A DNA stretch of 64,000 bases from Patescibacteria group bacterium (GCA_016861265.1 BOLA01000001.1:598229-662228); one strand, 5' to 3'. Counted from the first letter of the stretch, positions 19,212-28,888 are shown. Made by a program: numbers and translations. The notes: generated from the sequence alone by a model not told the origin.

Positions 19212-19842
19212 ATGTGTTGCCTCCATATTTCTATTGATTATGATAATTTTTCCGTTACAAAAAACATTGGCTTGGGAATACCCTTCTAATGATAGTGGCT
19301 ACCCCTACAGAGATTCAGAGGAAGATTTAGTCGATCAATGGAATACATACACAAGAAATTGTACTTCATACGTAATGTGGAAGATAAATCAAACGGGTAT
19401 GAGTTTTAATAATAATCCCACGGGACCCAACGGTAATTCTACAACTATGGGGAATGCTGGTAACTGGGATGAACATGCTTCTAACATAGGCTATACTGTT
19501 GATAGCAATCCCGGTGCAGGGGATGTGATGAATTGGGAAGCTAATAGTGGTGGTGCAGGAAGTGCAGGTCATGTCGCATGGGTAGAAAAAGTTAACGATA
19601 ATGGAACAGTATTTTTATCGGAATGGAATTGGAATTATGGAGATGGGTTATATTCTGAAAGAAATGGCTATAGTGGAGATCACTACCTACACATTGCAAC
19701 TACTAGTGTCTTAAATTGTACACAAATTCAAAATATAACAATTAATTCAGGACAAAATCTAAACTGTTCAAGTAGTAATGTTAGAGTATTGCCTGAATCT
19801 CTATTTAGTAGTGGTAGTAGTATTAATTTAAAATCTATATAA
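19204..19842 (+). CDS. Secreted CHAP-domain amidase/peptidase
   Basis: Signal peptide; RNCTSYV, GNAGNW, GHVAWVE, LSEWNW. Confidence 0.92.
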   Translation: MNKCVASIFLLIMIIFPLQKTLAWEYPSNDSGYPYRDSEEDLVDQWNTYTRNCTSYVMWKINQTGMSFNNNPTGPNGNSTTMGNAGNWDEHASNIGYTVDSNPGAGDVMNWEANSGGAGSAGHVAWVEKVNDNGTVFLSEWNWNYGDGLYSERNGYSGDHYLHIATTSVLNCTQIQNITINSGQNLNCSSSNVRVLPESLFSSGSSINLKSI

Positions 19843-19845
19843 AGA

Positions 19846-20412
19846 ATGAAAAGGAGATTAATAATATTAGCTTTTTTAGTATTTACTATAACCTTGTTGG
19901 TATTGCATTCTGTTAGTCAAATTCAGACCAACAAAAGTGCTAGTAGTGAGAATATTAATAAAAGTAATGAAGTGAAGGAAATTAATCCTAATGTTGAGTA
20001 CACACATCCCAGTGGTAAATTCTCCTACACTTACCCTGCATCTTGGGAGTTTGTACCAAAAAGAGAAGATATAGGACTAAGACCCTTAGAATACAGCGGT
20101 CCGTTGAAAAATGAAATTGTAACCATAATATATTTTGAGGAAAAGGGTAAGGATTTAAAAGCTTGGGCCAAGACATTTGATGGTGGGTACGATGAAGATT
20201 GGATTGAGAAAACCGTTTTCAACAAAAAAGCCCTCTACTATAACTATAATAGTGATAAGTTAGACAACATGATCTACTACTTTAGCAACGGTACAGATGC
20301 GGTAAAAGTTATGTTCAGAAAGTATTATGCTTTAGGGGTAGAGGGGCAACGCGATAATTCAAGATTCTTAGAAGATTTTGAACTAATTCTAAAAAGTTTC
20401 AAATTCAATTGA
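19846..20412 (+). CDS. Membrane-anchored PsbP-like protein
   Basis: TM helix; FSYTYPASW, DLKAW, FELILKSFKF. Confidence 0.7.
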   Translation: MKRRLIILAFLVFTITLLVLHSVSQIQTNKSASSENINKSNEVKEINPNVEYTHPSGKFSYTYPASWEFVPKREDIGLRPLEYSGPLKNEIVTIIYFEEKGKDLKAWAKTFDGGYDEDWIEKTVFNKKALYYNYNSDKLDNMIYYFSNGTDAVKVMFRKYYALGVEGQRDNSRFLEDFELILKSFKFN

Positions 20413-20435
20413 AACGGAGCCTTTCGGCTCCGTTT
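20412..20435. terminator. Terminator hairpin between the secreted-protein operon and rny
   Basis: AAACGGAGCC-TTTC-GGCTCCGTTT. Confidence 0.8.
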
Positions 20436-20456
20436 ATCTTCAATCTAAAGTCATTC

Positions 20457-22034
20457 TTACTTAGCTTCTTCTGTCGCTCTTAATTCTCTAATAACGTTAA
20501 CCTTAATAACACCAGGGTAGTTTTGGGTTTCCTCGATTTCTTTTGCAATTTTAAATGCCATAACTCTAGTATCTTCATCAGTTACATCTTCAGGTTTTAC
20601 AATAACTCTAACTTCTCGGCCAGCATGAATAGCATAAGCTTCTTTAACTCCACCATGCTTTCTTGCAATATCTTCTAAGGCTCTAACCCTCTTAATGTAT
20701 TCTTCGTAAGAATCTCTTCTTGCACCTGGTCTAGCACCAGAAATTGCATCAGCAATTCTTACAATCTCGGCTTCAATAAATTTTGCATCAATGTCGTAGT
20801 GGTGTGCTTCAATTGCGTTATACAATCTGTCGTTATTTTTAAAGTATTTTCTAGCAACTTCCCCAGAAATATGGTGGTGCTGCTTTCCTTCTTCAGGTGC
20901 AACTTTACCAATGTCATGTAATAAGCAAGCTAGTTTTACTGTTTGAACATCAGCTCCCATTTCAAGGGCTAACGATTCTCCAATCTTTACCATTTCTAGA
21001 GTATGCTTTACTAAGTTCTGTCCAAAGCTGAATCTATATTTAAATCTACCTAAAAGCATAATTACTTCTGTAGGAAGATTATTAAAGCCTGTCTCGTAGG
21101 CCATGTCTTCTCCAGTCTTTTTTATTACTTTTAATAAGTCCTTTTTTACTTTTTCAACTGTTTCCTCAATTGCTCCTGGGTGAACTCTTCCATCATCTAA
21201 AAGTTTTTTAAGTGCTAAAGCTCCAACTTCTCTTCTAATTGGATCGAAACAAGATAGTGTGACTTGATTAGGAGCCTCATCTACAATTAAATCTACTCCT
21301 GTTAATTTCTCGAAGGTTCTAATATTCCTACCATCCTTACCGATGATTTTTCCTTTCATTGCTTCGTCATCAATGGTGAATGTAGTTGTAGTTGTTTCCA
21401 CAACATAATCAGTTGCAGCATTAACCATTGTTTCAACTAAGATCTCTCGGGAAATTTCGTCATTTCGTAAGTTTATTTGATCCTGGTTTTCTCTAATTTT
21501 CTTAGCGAACCAGTCTTGAAGATCTCTTTCTACTTGGGCCTTAAGCTGAACCTCAGCTTCTTGCTTGGTGAGTCCGGCAATTTGTTGTAATTTTAATCCT
21601 AGTTCCTCTCTAACTTTTGTAACGTCTTTTTTGGCTTGCTCAAGACTTCTTTCTTTTGCTTCGATTGAATTGGCCCTTTCGTCAATGCTTTTAGCTCTAG
21701 ACAAAAGACCTCTTTCCCTATCGTCAAGAATTCGCTCCTGTTCTTTTAATTTCTCTCGAATGTCTCTTGCAGCTGCTTGAGCTTTACTTTCAAGCTCTAA
21801 TACATTTTTCTCAGCCTCTAATAATTTGTTTTTTGCAATCTGGCTCGCTTTCTCTATGGCTTGCTCTTCAGTCAAATTAGCCATTGATTTGCCTTTTTCA
21901 ATCGCTGCTGCAACTTGTTTTGCAGCTTCTTCCTTAACTTTTTTATTCTGATTGTTAAGATAGAACGCAACTACTCCAAAAAGAGTGGCAAGAACCAGCA
22001 AAACTGCTAAAACAAGCAATAATGCTACGTCCAT
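20457..22034 (-). CDS. rny: Ribonuclease Y
   Basis: N-terminal TM, coiled coil, KH (KGKIIGKDGRNI), HD (LLHDIGK), ADAISGARPGAR. Confidence 0.97.
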   Translation of the reverse strand: MDVALLLVLAVLLVLATLFGVVAFYLNNQNKKVKEEAAKQVAAAIEKGKSMANLTEEQAIEKASQIAKNKLLEAEKNVLELESKAQAAARDIREKLKEQERILDDRERGLLSRAKSIDERANSIEAKERSLEQAKKDVTKVREELGLKLQQIAGLTKQEAEVQLKAQVERDLQDWFAKKIRENQDQINLRNDEISREILVETMVNAATDYVVETTTTTFTIDDEAMKGKIIGKDGRNIRTFEKLTGVDLIVDEAPNQVTLSCFDPIRREVGALALKKLLDDGRVHPGAIEETVEKVKKDLLKVIKKTGEDMAYETGFNNLPTEVIMLLGRFKYRFSFGQNLVKHTLEMVKIGESLALEMGADVQTVKLACLLHDIGKVAPEEGKQHHHISGEVARKYFKNNDRLYNAIEAHHYDIDAKFIEAEIVRIADAISGARPGARRDSYEEYIKRVRALEDIARKHGGVKEAYAIHAGREVRVIVKPEDVTDEDTRVMAFKIAKEIEETQNYPGVIKVNVIRELRATEEAK

Positions 22035-22242
22035 ACATTAAATATTAAAAATTTATGCTGTAGAGAATTGCCGAAGTATAGATCAGTACAAAGATATACC
22101 AGTATCTAGGTACGCGAATAGTATTTTTGAATTAATTAATTGTTTAATTTTTTCTATAAGACTAATGTTCATTTAGATCAGTACGTTCAGTAATTTATCT
22201 ACTGATAGCAATTATACCTTAAATCTAGCCAATTTTGGGGAT

Positions 22243-23466
22243 TTACAATTTGAATACATCCATTAAAAAGTCGGTAAATGTTCTCTTTTTCTTCACCTGT
22301 GGCAGCATAGTTTGAGACTGAGTCTGCAACTGTGTCTTCATAGAGTCAATGTGGCCTCCATGAACAATTATATTGTTTTTGGAAAGTTCCTGGTGTAATC
22401 GTGCAATAAGTAAGTTCTTATGTTCTAAAAGCTGGTTCATGCTGTTGTACATAGCCTTATTGTCCTGATTGTTGGCTTTAAGCTGGTCAATTTCTGCATT
22501 TAACCTGTTTACCTTATCGTTTAATTCCTTAAACTCCAGCGCTTCTTTTACTAATTTTGCATGGTCGTCTCCTTCTACAAGTTTCTTTAATAGTTCCATT
22601 TCGGCAACCCCAGTGTTTAAATGATAGTTTAAATCATTTTGACTTGGTTCCTTTCCTAAAACTTTTAGAAATACCTTTTTTATCATTTCTTTTCTTTCCT
22701 CACGATCCATTAGTATAGGTTTATTTGGAGTTGTGGAGTTGAATGGTGAGCTCGGATTGTTAAAAGATGATAATGGGGAGTTCCCAGCAAAACCAGGGGC
22801 TTTAGGAGCTTGGGGAGCGAAAGGGGATGGTGATGTAAAACTAGGCATTGGTGTTCTTCCTCCATTAAAGGCTGGTAAGGCTTTTGCTGTATATTTTAAC
22901 TTTGGCGCTACATTCACAATATACTCATTAACTGAGTCTGCGATTGCTTTTGCCAATTCATCAAGCTTGCTTTCGTCTTTTAGAATTTGAATATCATCCG
23001 AATTATCAATGTAAAGACATTCTATTGCTGTAGAAATAACATTTGATTGGTTCAGAATTATAAGTGAGCCCAATTCATGCTCGTATTCACTTTTTACTCC
23101 TTGATTTTGATACCCTGTAATTTTGCAGATTCCTTCAACTATTGAGTCTGCAAATATTTTGGAGTTATTGTCCGGAGATGCAGCTCCCTCAAACCAGCCT
23201 TCAATTCCTCTTTTTCCACCATCATTAACATGAATTTCAAGGAAAATGTCTCCAAGTTCTCTGGAATACCCTGTTTCTTTTATCCAATCAATTCTTTTTA
23301 ATAGTTGAAGATCTAAGGGTACGGCCTGGTACTCAATTTTGTGAGAATCTAAGTAGGGTAGAGTCTTCTTTAAAATTTTTCTTGTAATATCAGCTTCTCG
23401 TAAATCTCCGAAAACCTCACCGGGATTTTCTAATGTATGAGCAGCAGATATGAGTAACCTTGGCAT
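22243..23466 (-). CDS. N-acetylmuramoyl-L-alanine amidase (Amidase_3) with Pro-rich linker and coiled coil
   Basis: SAAH...E, EIHVN, IECLYIDN Zn/catalytic pattern. Confidence 0.8.
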   Translation of the reverse strand: MPRLLISAAHTLENPGEVFGDLREADITRKILKKTLPYLDSHKIEYQAVPLDLQLLKRIDWIKETGYSRELGDIFLEIHVNDGGKRGIEGWFEGAASPDNNSKIFADSIVEGICKITGYQNQGVKSEYEHELGSLIILNQSNVISTAIECLYIDNSDDIQILKDESKLDELAKAIADSVNEYIVNVAPKLKYTAKALPAFNGGRTPMPSFTSPSPFAPQAPKAPGFAGNSPLSSFNNPSSPFNSTTPNKPILMDREERKEMIKKVFLKVLGKEPSQNDLNYHLNTGVAEMELLKKLVEGDDHAKLVKEALEFKELNDKVNRLNAEIDQLKANNQDNKAMYNSMNQLLEHKNLLIARLHQELSKNNIIVHGGHIDSMKTQLQTQSQTMLPQVKKKRTFTDFLMDVFKL

Positions 23467-23517
23467 TTGAGTCCTTTAATTTCTAAATACACAAAGATTT
23501 TACTATTTTTTTTATAT

Positions 23518-24375
23518 TTACAGAAGCTTATCGACAATCTTATCTAGCTCGTTGTCGTTTTTGAAAGGAATTACGATTTTTCCACCCTTTTGAGATCGGG
23601 CAAGTGTTACAGTGTTCCCGAACTTGGTCCTTAAAGAACTTTCGAGTTCAGTTGTCTTTTCATCCAATATTCTCATGTCTTTTCTTTTTGTAACCTGTTT
23701 ACCTGTGTTTAATCTTCTTACTAATTCTTCAACTGCTCTTACCGAAAGATTGTCTCTAATTGTAATTTTGAATGCAGCAATTAATGTTTCTGGTTTGTGT
23801 AAACCTAGCAGGGCTCTTGCATGTCCTTCGGAAATCTTTTCTTCTAGAAGTGCTCTTTTTATTTCTTCAGGCAGACTTAAAAGTCTTATTTTATTTGCAA
23901 TTGCTGGTCTACTAAGTCCAATCTTCTTTGATATGACTTCGTGGGTCATGTTGAATGTTGTTACCAGTTGCTGAAATGCCAGTGCTTCTTCCAAAGGATT
24001 TAGATCCGCTCTTTGAACATTTTCTACAATAGCAAGTTCAAGCATTTCTTGTGGTGACGATTCCTTTATTACAACAGGAACAGTTTCCATTCCGGCTAGT
24101 TTAGCTGCTCTCCATCTTCTTTCTCCGGCAATTAACTCGTATTTGTTAGAATCTTTTTTTGTTACCAGCAAAGGCTCAATAACACCATGCTCCCTAATGG
24201 AATCTGCTAGTTCCACTAAGTTTTCAGGATTCATTTCAATTCTTGGTTGATAAGGATTTGGAACAATTAAATTTATTGGCAGATTAGGTATATACCCTTG
24301 TGAGATATCAGGTATAGAATTTGCGTTTATTAATGCTGAAAGTCCTTTTCCTAATCCGGATTTTTTCTCTGCCAT
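23518..24375 (-). CDS. parB: Chromosome partitioning protein ParB
   Basis: GLGKGLSAL, PNPYQPR, IAGERRWRA, ENVQRADL. Confidence 0.96.
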   Translation of the reverse strand: MAEKKSGLGKGLSALINANSIPDISQGYIPNLPINLIVPNPYQPRIEMNPENLVELADSIREHGVIEPLLVTKKDSNKYELIAGERRWRAAKLAGMETVPVVIKESSPQEMLELAIVENVQRADLNPLEEALAFQQLVTTFNMTHEVISKKIGLSRPAIANKIRLLSLPEEIKRALLEEKISEGHARALLGLHKPETLIAAFKITIRDNLSVRAVEELVRRLNTGKQVTKRKDMRILDEKTTELESSLRTKFGNTVTLARSQKGGKIVIPFKNDNELDKIVDKLL

Positions 24376-24429
24376 ATAAAAGTATGATTTCTAAGCTATT
24401 AATAATCTTGTCACAAAACACTCACCACT

Positions 24430-25251
24430 TCAAGAATTTTTACTGAAATTAGGCCTTTTCATAACCTTATCAAATCTTTTGATTATTTCATCTGTAAGGT
24501 TTTCGTATGCAAGCCCACCAGCAGATGTTCTAGCGTATTCATAAATTGAAAGTCCGTGAGAGGGAGCTTCGGATAATCTAATATTTCTTGGAATAACAGA
24601 TTTAAAGAGCTTGGTATTAAAGTATTTTTCAATTTCGCTTGCGACATCTTTACTTAAGTTTGTTCTATTGTCGTACATTGTAAGTACAACACCGCCGATT
24701 TCCATTGTAGGGTTCAAAGACCCTTTTATTAATGTGATTGTATTTACAAGTTGTCCTAAGCCTTCTAATGCAAAGTATTCAGACTGAACAGGAATTAAAA
24801 CTTTATCAGCTGCTACAAGGCTATTAATTGTTAATAACCCCAGTGATGGTGGGCAATCAATTAGTACATAGTCGTAATTGTCTTTAATTGGTTCTAGCGC
24901 TTTTTTTAGAATGTTTTCTCTAGATAGAGCACCAACAATTTCTACTTCTGCCCCTGCTAATTCAATCCCCGATGGGATGATGTCCAGATTTTCTATTCTT
25001 GTAGTTTGTACTACTTCGGTTACTGGTGTTTTATTTACCAGTAAATCGTAAACAGTTTTGTATTCTTTATTGTTTAACTCTTCAATATCGTTTGGCTGGT
25101 GTAATATTCCTAATCCTGAAGAGAGGTTAGCCTGTGGATCAATATCTATTAGTAGAACCTTTTTATCCTTTGTGGCTAGGAAAACTCCGAGGTTTAATAC
25201 AGTGGTAGTTTTCCCAACTCCACCTTTTTGATTAGTAACTGCAAATATCAT
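24430..25251 (-). CDS. parA: ParA/Soj ATPase
   Basis: NQKGGVGKTT, DIDPQAN, DCPPSLG, LSEAPSHG. Confidence 0.96.
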   Translation of the reverse strand: MIFAVTNQKGGVGKTTTVLNLGVFLATKDKKVLLIDIDPQANLSSGLGILHQPNDIEELNNKEYKTVYDLLVNKTPVTEVVQTTRIENLDIIPSGIELAGAEVEIVGALSRENILKKALEPIKDNYDYVLIDCPPSLGLLTINSLVAADKVLIPVQSEYFALEGLGQLVNTITLIKGSLNPTMEIGGVVLTMYDNRTNLSKDVASEIEKYFNTKLFKSVIPRNIRLSEAPSHGLSIYEYARTSAGGLAYENLTDEIIKRFDKVMKRPNFSKNS

Positions 25252-25289
25252 ACTTACAAATTACAGGAATAATCGATTTTAGGCAACTT

Positions 25290-25913
25290 TCAAATATTGT
25301 AATTTGGCTTACTAAATAAAGAGAATCTTGTTATAGGCCAGTACCTGGCAATAACCCTACCTTTTATCCAGTCCTTATTTATAAGTCCAATCTCGGAATA
25401 TCTAGAATCCAGACTATCCATTCTATTATCACCTAGAACAAAATATCGTCCCTCAGGAATTAGGATTTCTTCACCACTATTTAATGCAAAATCCCCTCCC
25501 ACTGTGTAAACATTATTAATATATTCTTCTTCTAGTAGACTTCCATTAACAAAAATATGTCCATTGTGAATTGAAATTCTTTCTCCTGGCATACCTACTA
25601 TTCTTTTTACAAAATCTTTGTGACCTGGTTTTTGAAAAACCACAATATCTCCTCGTGAGTACTGCAGACCCAGCCTATCGCTTATTTGGTTAAGAATCTT
25701 ATCAATTTTATCTGTGATTATTAAATCGCTGTTTATTAGATTAGGAATCATGGAATCTCCTTCTATTTGGTTAGGAGCTGCAACGAAAATATAGAAGAAG
25801 GTACATAAAACTAATACAAATCCAGCAGTCCTAAAGAAGTCGTAAACTTCCAGCGGAAGTTTTAGTCCGTATATATTTACGACTTCTTCTGTTTTGTATT
25901 GTTCATTTTCCAT
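25290..25913 (-). CDS. lepB: Signal peptidase I
   Basis: GDSM.P, FVKRIVG, GDNR..S.DSR. Confidence 0.94.
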   Translation of the reverse strand: MENEQYKTEEVVNIYGLKLPLEVYDFFRTAGFVLVLCTFFYIFVAAPNQIEGDSMIPNLINSDLIITDKIDKILNQISDRLGLQYSRGDIVVFQKPGHKDFVKRIVGMPGERISIHNGHIFVNGSLLEEEYINNVYTVGGDFALNSGEEILIPEGRYFVLGDNRMDSLDSRYSEIGLINKDWIKGRVIARYWPITRFSLFSKPNYNI

Positions 25914-28888
25914 TAACCAGCATTGATTTCCCCTTCGATCTCCCTTGACTCAACTTCCATTACAAAAGGAGTTTCAATTTCCTCTACAAATTCAATTGAT
26001 GTCGCACTTACAGTCTTTTTTATTGATTCTACATTTCTTTCGATTGTCTGTCTTAAGACTTGGTCACTAGGTTTAAGCTTTATACTAATAGTCTGACCCT
26101 GTTGTAATCCCATCTTCTTTCGCTGAGACTGCAGTGCCCTAGTTAGTTCCCGTACAAAACCTTCATCTTTTAGTTCATCAGTTAATTTGGTTTCTAAGCC
26201 GATTAATACTTTTATATTTGTATCTTCGTTAATTTTTAGTGTATCTGTTTCGTGGATTACAGCTTTATCTAATACATCTTTTACATTTAATTCATTTTTA
26301 ATCATTTCACTCATCCATTCAGTGATTACAGGCACAACTTCGTTTGTACTTTGAACCTGAAGTTCACTTAATGGCTGTCTCACTTTCATTTGATTGTTAA
26401 CTCTTAAGGTATGTCCCATTTCGCAAATCTTTCTTACAATCTGCATTTCATCTGCAAGTCTAGAATATTGCTCAATATAGGCTCTATCTACTTCAGGATA
26501 GTCAGTTAAGTGTATTGATTCTTTTGCTCCATCTAATTTACTTACTACCAATTCTCTATACATGTAATCAGTAATAAACGGTGTGAATGGGGCAAGTAGT
26601 TTTAATATCTCGATAAACACATAGTAAAGAGTCTCAATTGAATTCTGATTGCCTTCTGCGAAATTTTCCCTAGAGCTTCTAATAAACCATTTTGAGGTAT
26701 CATCAACCAGTTCTTTAATGGCTTTGGTAGCCTTAGGAATATCGTATGCAGTTAATGCTAACTCAGAATTGTGAATAGTTTCCTGTAGTCTATAGATTAT
26801 CCACGCATTTATCTCGTTTTCAATGTCATCAAATGGAATATGATCCCATGGGTGAGCATCATCAATATTCTTCCTTGAGTTATATGCAAGCTCTTCCCTT
26901 GGTGACCAATTATGAATATTTGCGTAGGTTGTAAGGTAGGCGAATATATTCCACAGCGGAAGAATGTATTCTTGCGTTTGAGTCTTTAATGTTTTACTAC
27001 TTATAGTTGTATCCTCTCCGGCACAAATTGGCGTTGTAAAAAAGTTGCTTCTAATTGCATCTGCACCAAAAGATTCAATCATTGTTTTAGGTTCAGTATA
27101 ATTTCCTTTAGATTTACTTAACTTAACACCATTATCGTCTAGAACAAATCCGCTCATTACAACATTTTCGTAGGCCTCTTTATTAAATAAGCTAGTAGAA
27201 ATTGCCAGAAGAGAGTAGAACCAACCTCTTGTTTGGTCAACACTCTCTGCAATGTATTGTGCAGGAAATTTCTTATCAAATTTTTCTTTATTTTCGAATG
27301 GATAGTGGAATCTAGCAAAAGGCATTGCTCCAGAATCGTACCAAACATCCAGAACGTCAGGAATTCTCTTGTAGGTTTCACCGTCTTTTTCAAATGTAAT
27401 ATCGTCAATGTATGGTCTGTGAGGATCGTTTACCTCAACCCCAGAGAACTCCTTGAGTTCTTGATAGGAACCTATAATTATTGTTTTTCCAGATTCGGAC
27501 TTCCATACAGGTATTGGTGTTCCCCAGTATCTAGTTCTAGAAATTCCCCAATCTTTGATTTCTGCTAACCAGTTACCGAATCTTCCATATTTAACATGTT
27601 TAGGTGTCCAGTTAATTTTTTCGTTGTTATCTACCAATTGCTGTCTTAAATTGCTCATGGCAATGTACCAAGATGTAATTGGCTTATAGATTAAAGGTGT
27701 GTTTGTTCGCCAGCACATTGGCATTTCGTGTTCATAATCTTCGTGCTTAAATAGAACATTTGTTGTTTTTAAATCTTCAATTATCTTTGGATTAGCATCT
27801 CTGTAATTTAATCCGGCATATGGAGCAATTTCAGATTTAAAATCCCCTTGATCATCTAAATAGTCAAAACTTTCAATTCCTACTTTTACAAAGATGTCAT
27901 TGTCTTCGGCACCATACGGAGCAAGATGAACAATTCCTGTACCTGAATCTGTAGTTACGTGATCTCCTGTATAAATTATGTGAGCATTTTTCCTACCCTT
28001 GTAAAATGCAAATGGAGGAATGTATTTCTTACCCAGCAAGTCATCAACTTTAACCTCTGCTAAAACTTCATGTTCAATATTTTTGAACACACTCTCTACC
28101 AAATCTTTGGCTACAATGTAATTTTTATCGCTTCCTACTTTCTTTACTTTTACGTAAATTATTTCTTTTCCTAAGGCTAAACCTAAGTTACCAGGAATTG
28201 TCCAAGGAGTAGTAGTCCAAGCCAATAGTACAGTCATTGGATCCTCTTCCAGCGGAAATTCCACAGTTATTGCTGGGTCTACAAATTTTTTATATCCCCC
28301 CAACGCAACTTCTGCATTAGATAAAGTAGTTCCTGCTCTGGTGGAGTATGGTACGACCTTGAATCCTTCGTAAAGCAAGCCTTTAGTATGTAATTCTTTT
28401 AAAGACCACCAGATAGATTCAATATAGGATTTATCCATTGTCTGATATTCTTCATCGGAGTTAGTTAGCCTTCCCATTAACTCTTCTAATTCAATAATCT
28501 TATCTTTGAACTCTAGTACAGACGCTTTACAAAGCTCATTAAACTTATCTATTCCAAATTTAACAATGTCCTTTTTTTCCTTAAAACCAAGTCTTTTTTC
28601 AATTTCATATTCAACAGGTAGTCCCTGACAATCCCAGCCTAGAGATCTGGCAACTTTATATCCCTTCATGGTCCAGTATCTAGGGTACAAGTCCTTCATG
28701 GCAAAAGTGAGCATGTGCCCATGATGAGGACTTCCATTTGCGGTTATTGGTCCATCGTAGAATGTTTTTGTTTTATCATCTGATCTTTGGTCAATAGATT
28801 TGTCTAGAATATTATTACTTTTCCAAAATTTTAATATCTCTTGTTCTAACTCGAAGAAGTTCTGCTTGGGATTGGGCTTGTTAAACAT
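25913..28888 (-). CDS. ileS: Isoleucyl-tRNA synthetase (type 2-like)
   Basis: DGPITANG.PHHGH, WTTTPWT, WGISRTRYWG, DQTRGWF, KLSKS. Confidence 0.95.
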   Translation of the reverse strand: MFNKPNPKQNFFELEQEILKFWKSNNILDKSIDQRSDDKTKTFYDGPITANGSPHHGHMLTFAMKDLYPRYWTMKGYKVARSLGWDCQGLPVEYEIEKRLGFKEKKDIVKFGIDKFNELCKASVLEFKDKIIELEELMGRLTNSDEEYQTMDKSYIESIWWSLKELHTKGLLYEGFKVVPYSTRAGTTLSNAEVALGGYKKFVDPAITVEFPLEEDPMTVLLAWTTTPWTIPGNLGLALGKEIIYVKVKKVGSDKNYIVAKDLVESVFKNIEHEVLAEVKVDDLLGKKYIPPFAFYKGRKNAHIIYTGDHVTTDSGTGIVHLAPYGAEDNDIFVKVGIESFDYLDDQGDFKSEIAPYAGLNYRDANPKIIEDLKTTNVLFKHEDYEHEMPMCWRTNTPLIYKPITSWYIAMSNLRQQLVDNNEKINWTPKHVKYGRFGNWLAEIKDWGISRTRYWGTPIPVWKSESGKTIIIGSYQELKEFSGVEVNDPHRPYIDDITFEKDGETYKRIPDVLDVWYDSGAMPFARFHYPFENKEKFDKKFPAQYIAESVDQTRGWFYSLLAISTSLFNKEAYENVVMSGFVLDDNGVKLSKSKGNYTEPKTMIESFGADAIRSNFFTTPICAGEDTTISSKTLKTQTQEYILPLWNIFAYLTTYANIHNWSPREELAYNSRKNIDDAHPWDHIPFDDIENEINAWIIYRLQETIHNSELALTAYDIPKATKAIKELVDDTSKWFIRSSRENFAEGNQNSIETLYYVFIEILKLLAPFTPFITDYMYRELVVSKLDGAKESIHLTDYPEVDRAYIEQYSRLADEMQIVRKICEMGHTLRVNNQMKVRQPLSELQVQSTNEVVPVITEWMSEMIKNELNVKDVLDKAVIHETDTLKINEDTNIKVLIGLETKLTDELKDEGFVRELTRALQSQRKKMGLQQGQTISIKLKPSDQVLRQTIERNVESIKKTVSATSIEFVEEIETPFVMEVESREIEGEINAG

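Noticed and set aside
18450-19842. Propeller and CHAP genes as one frameshifted gene
   Set aside because: The CHAP ORF has its own signal peptide and a normal short start/stop overlap.
23466-25290. parS site or oriC near parAB
   Set aside because: No TGTTTCACGTGAAACA-like palindrome or DnaA-box cluster recognised.
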